IMG/VR virus record: IMGVR_UViG_3300045988_064761
Coordinates: 1-40,030 of that record
DNA from: a virus
DNA: 40,030 nucleotides
Strand: one strand, 5' to 3'
Position 1 is the stretch's first letter, and the number at the start of each line of letters is the position of its first letter. This document shows positions 39,590-40,030 of this stretch, piece after piece. The translations under genes and the position numbers were made by a program. The notes beneath the pieces were generated by a model. It did not search any database. It had not been told where the DNA came from and saw nothing but the letters and a program-made list of their open reading frames with translations.

Positions 39590-40030
39590 TCGACGGCCTC
39601 CACAAGGTCGCCGTTTTTCAGCTTGTACCAGGTGTCCGCCTTGATGTTTTGACCGTCAACTTTAAAGCACTGCACATCTTTACGATGCCAGTTAAATTCC
39701 TTGTCTCTTTCCCATTCTGCAATCACAATCCAGCATCCTAAAGCGCCTTTAGCTTCACTATCAATGCCGAGCGCAGCAGCAACGCTTTCCTTGCCTGTAA
39801 CAGATGCCGCGCCCTGCCAGCCTGTAGCAGATGCCGTGCCCTGCCAGCCTGTAGCAGATGCCGTGCCCTGCCAGCCTGTAGCAGATGCCGCGCTCTGCCT
39901 GCCTGTAGCAGATGCCGCGCCCTGATCGCCTGTAACAGATGCCGCGCCCTGCCAGCCTGTAACAGATGCCGCGCCCTGATCGCCTGTAACAGATGCCGCG
40001 CCCTGCCAGCCTGTAACAGATGCCGCGCCC
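39586..40030 (-). CDS. DUF7666-like repeat protein, 3' part (stop TGA 39586-39588)
   Basis: Repeats are followed by VTGKESVAAALGIDSEAKGALGCWIVIAEWERDKEFNWHRKDVQCFKVDGQNIKADTWYKLKNGDLVEAVE. The phase matches the 5' part at 1..630. Confidence 0.75.
   Translation of the reverse strand, partial: GAASVTGWQGAASVTGDQGAASVTGWQGAASVTGDQGAASATGRQSAASATGWQGTASATGWQGTASATGWQGAASVTGKESVAAALGIDSEAKGALGCWIVIAEWERDKEFNWHRKDVQCFKVDGQNIKADTWYKLKNGDLVEAVE
39802..40030 (-). repeat. 8 full copies plus 13 nt of the same 27-bp coding repeat (the last 40 nt duplicate nt 1-40)
   Basis: Units start at 39802, 39829 ... 39991. After removing the 40-nt overlap, 18 units remain in the circular gene. Confidence 0.95.

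Larger units (their letters stand above)
1..40030. mobile_element. Complete temperate siphovirus-type phage genome, circularly closed contig carrying attP (not attL/attR)
   Basis: nt 1-40 = nt 39991-40030. One copy each of the lysogeny, early/replication, packaging, head, tail, lysis and cargo modules. No flanking bacterial genes. Confidence 0.85.

Overview
The window appears to be a complete, circularly closed genome of a temperate siphovirus-like phage. Nt 1-40 are identical to nt 39991-40030, giving a unit length of about 39,990 bp. The host is probably a Gram-positive, Clostridia-like bacterium; this is inferred from GGAGG-type SD sites, the lysis genes and the gene families present. Almost all genes lie on the minus strand. 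In transcription order the modules are as follows. (1) A CI/Cro-type switch at 2.1-2.8 kb with two near-consensus promoters that appear to face each other. (2) Early genes, including a DUF7666-like protein that carries eighteen in-frame 27-bp repeats and spans the contig junction. (3) A recombination/replication module at 39.1-34.3 kb: an annealing-protein candidate, NinB-like, HNH/NinG-like, SSB, wHTH, a DnaD-like organizer containing six phased 10-bp iterons, a G39P-like loader, RusA, and a frame-split MazG-like gene. (4) Small ORFs and a sigma-region-4-like late regulator. (5) A 0.93-kb ORF-free region holding a non-canonical tRNA-Trp(CCA). (6) Packaging and head genes: TerS, TerL, portal, a two-gene insertion (DUF4417 plus a basic protein), MuF fused to a HExxH metalloprotease-like domain, scaffold and capsid. 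(7) Connectors and tail genes: G/GT chaperone with a T_TTT_TTC slippery site, tape measure, Dit, Tal, BppU-like, collar and a collagen-like fibre. (8) Endolysin and holin. The most unusual part is the cargo region at 5.8-10.2 kb, between the lysis cassette and attP/integrase. It holds an eight-gene operon of Q/G/C-rich low-complexity proteins with a putative Cys peptidase, and a divergent two-gene cassette driven by a perfect consensus promoter with an embedded palindrome. All family names come from my reading of the translated ORFs and from memory of these families. No database search was run.
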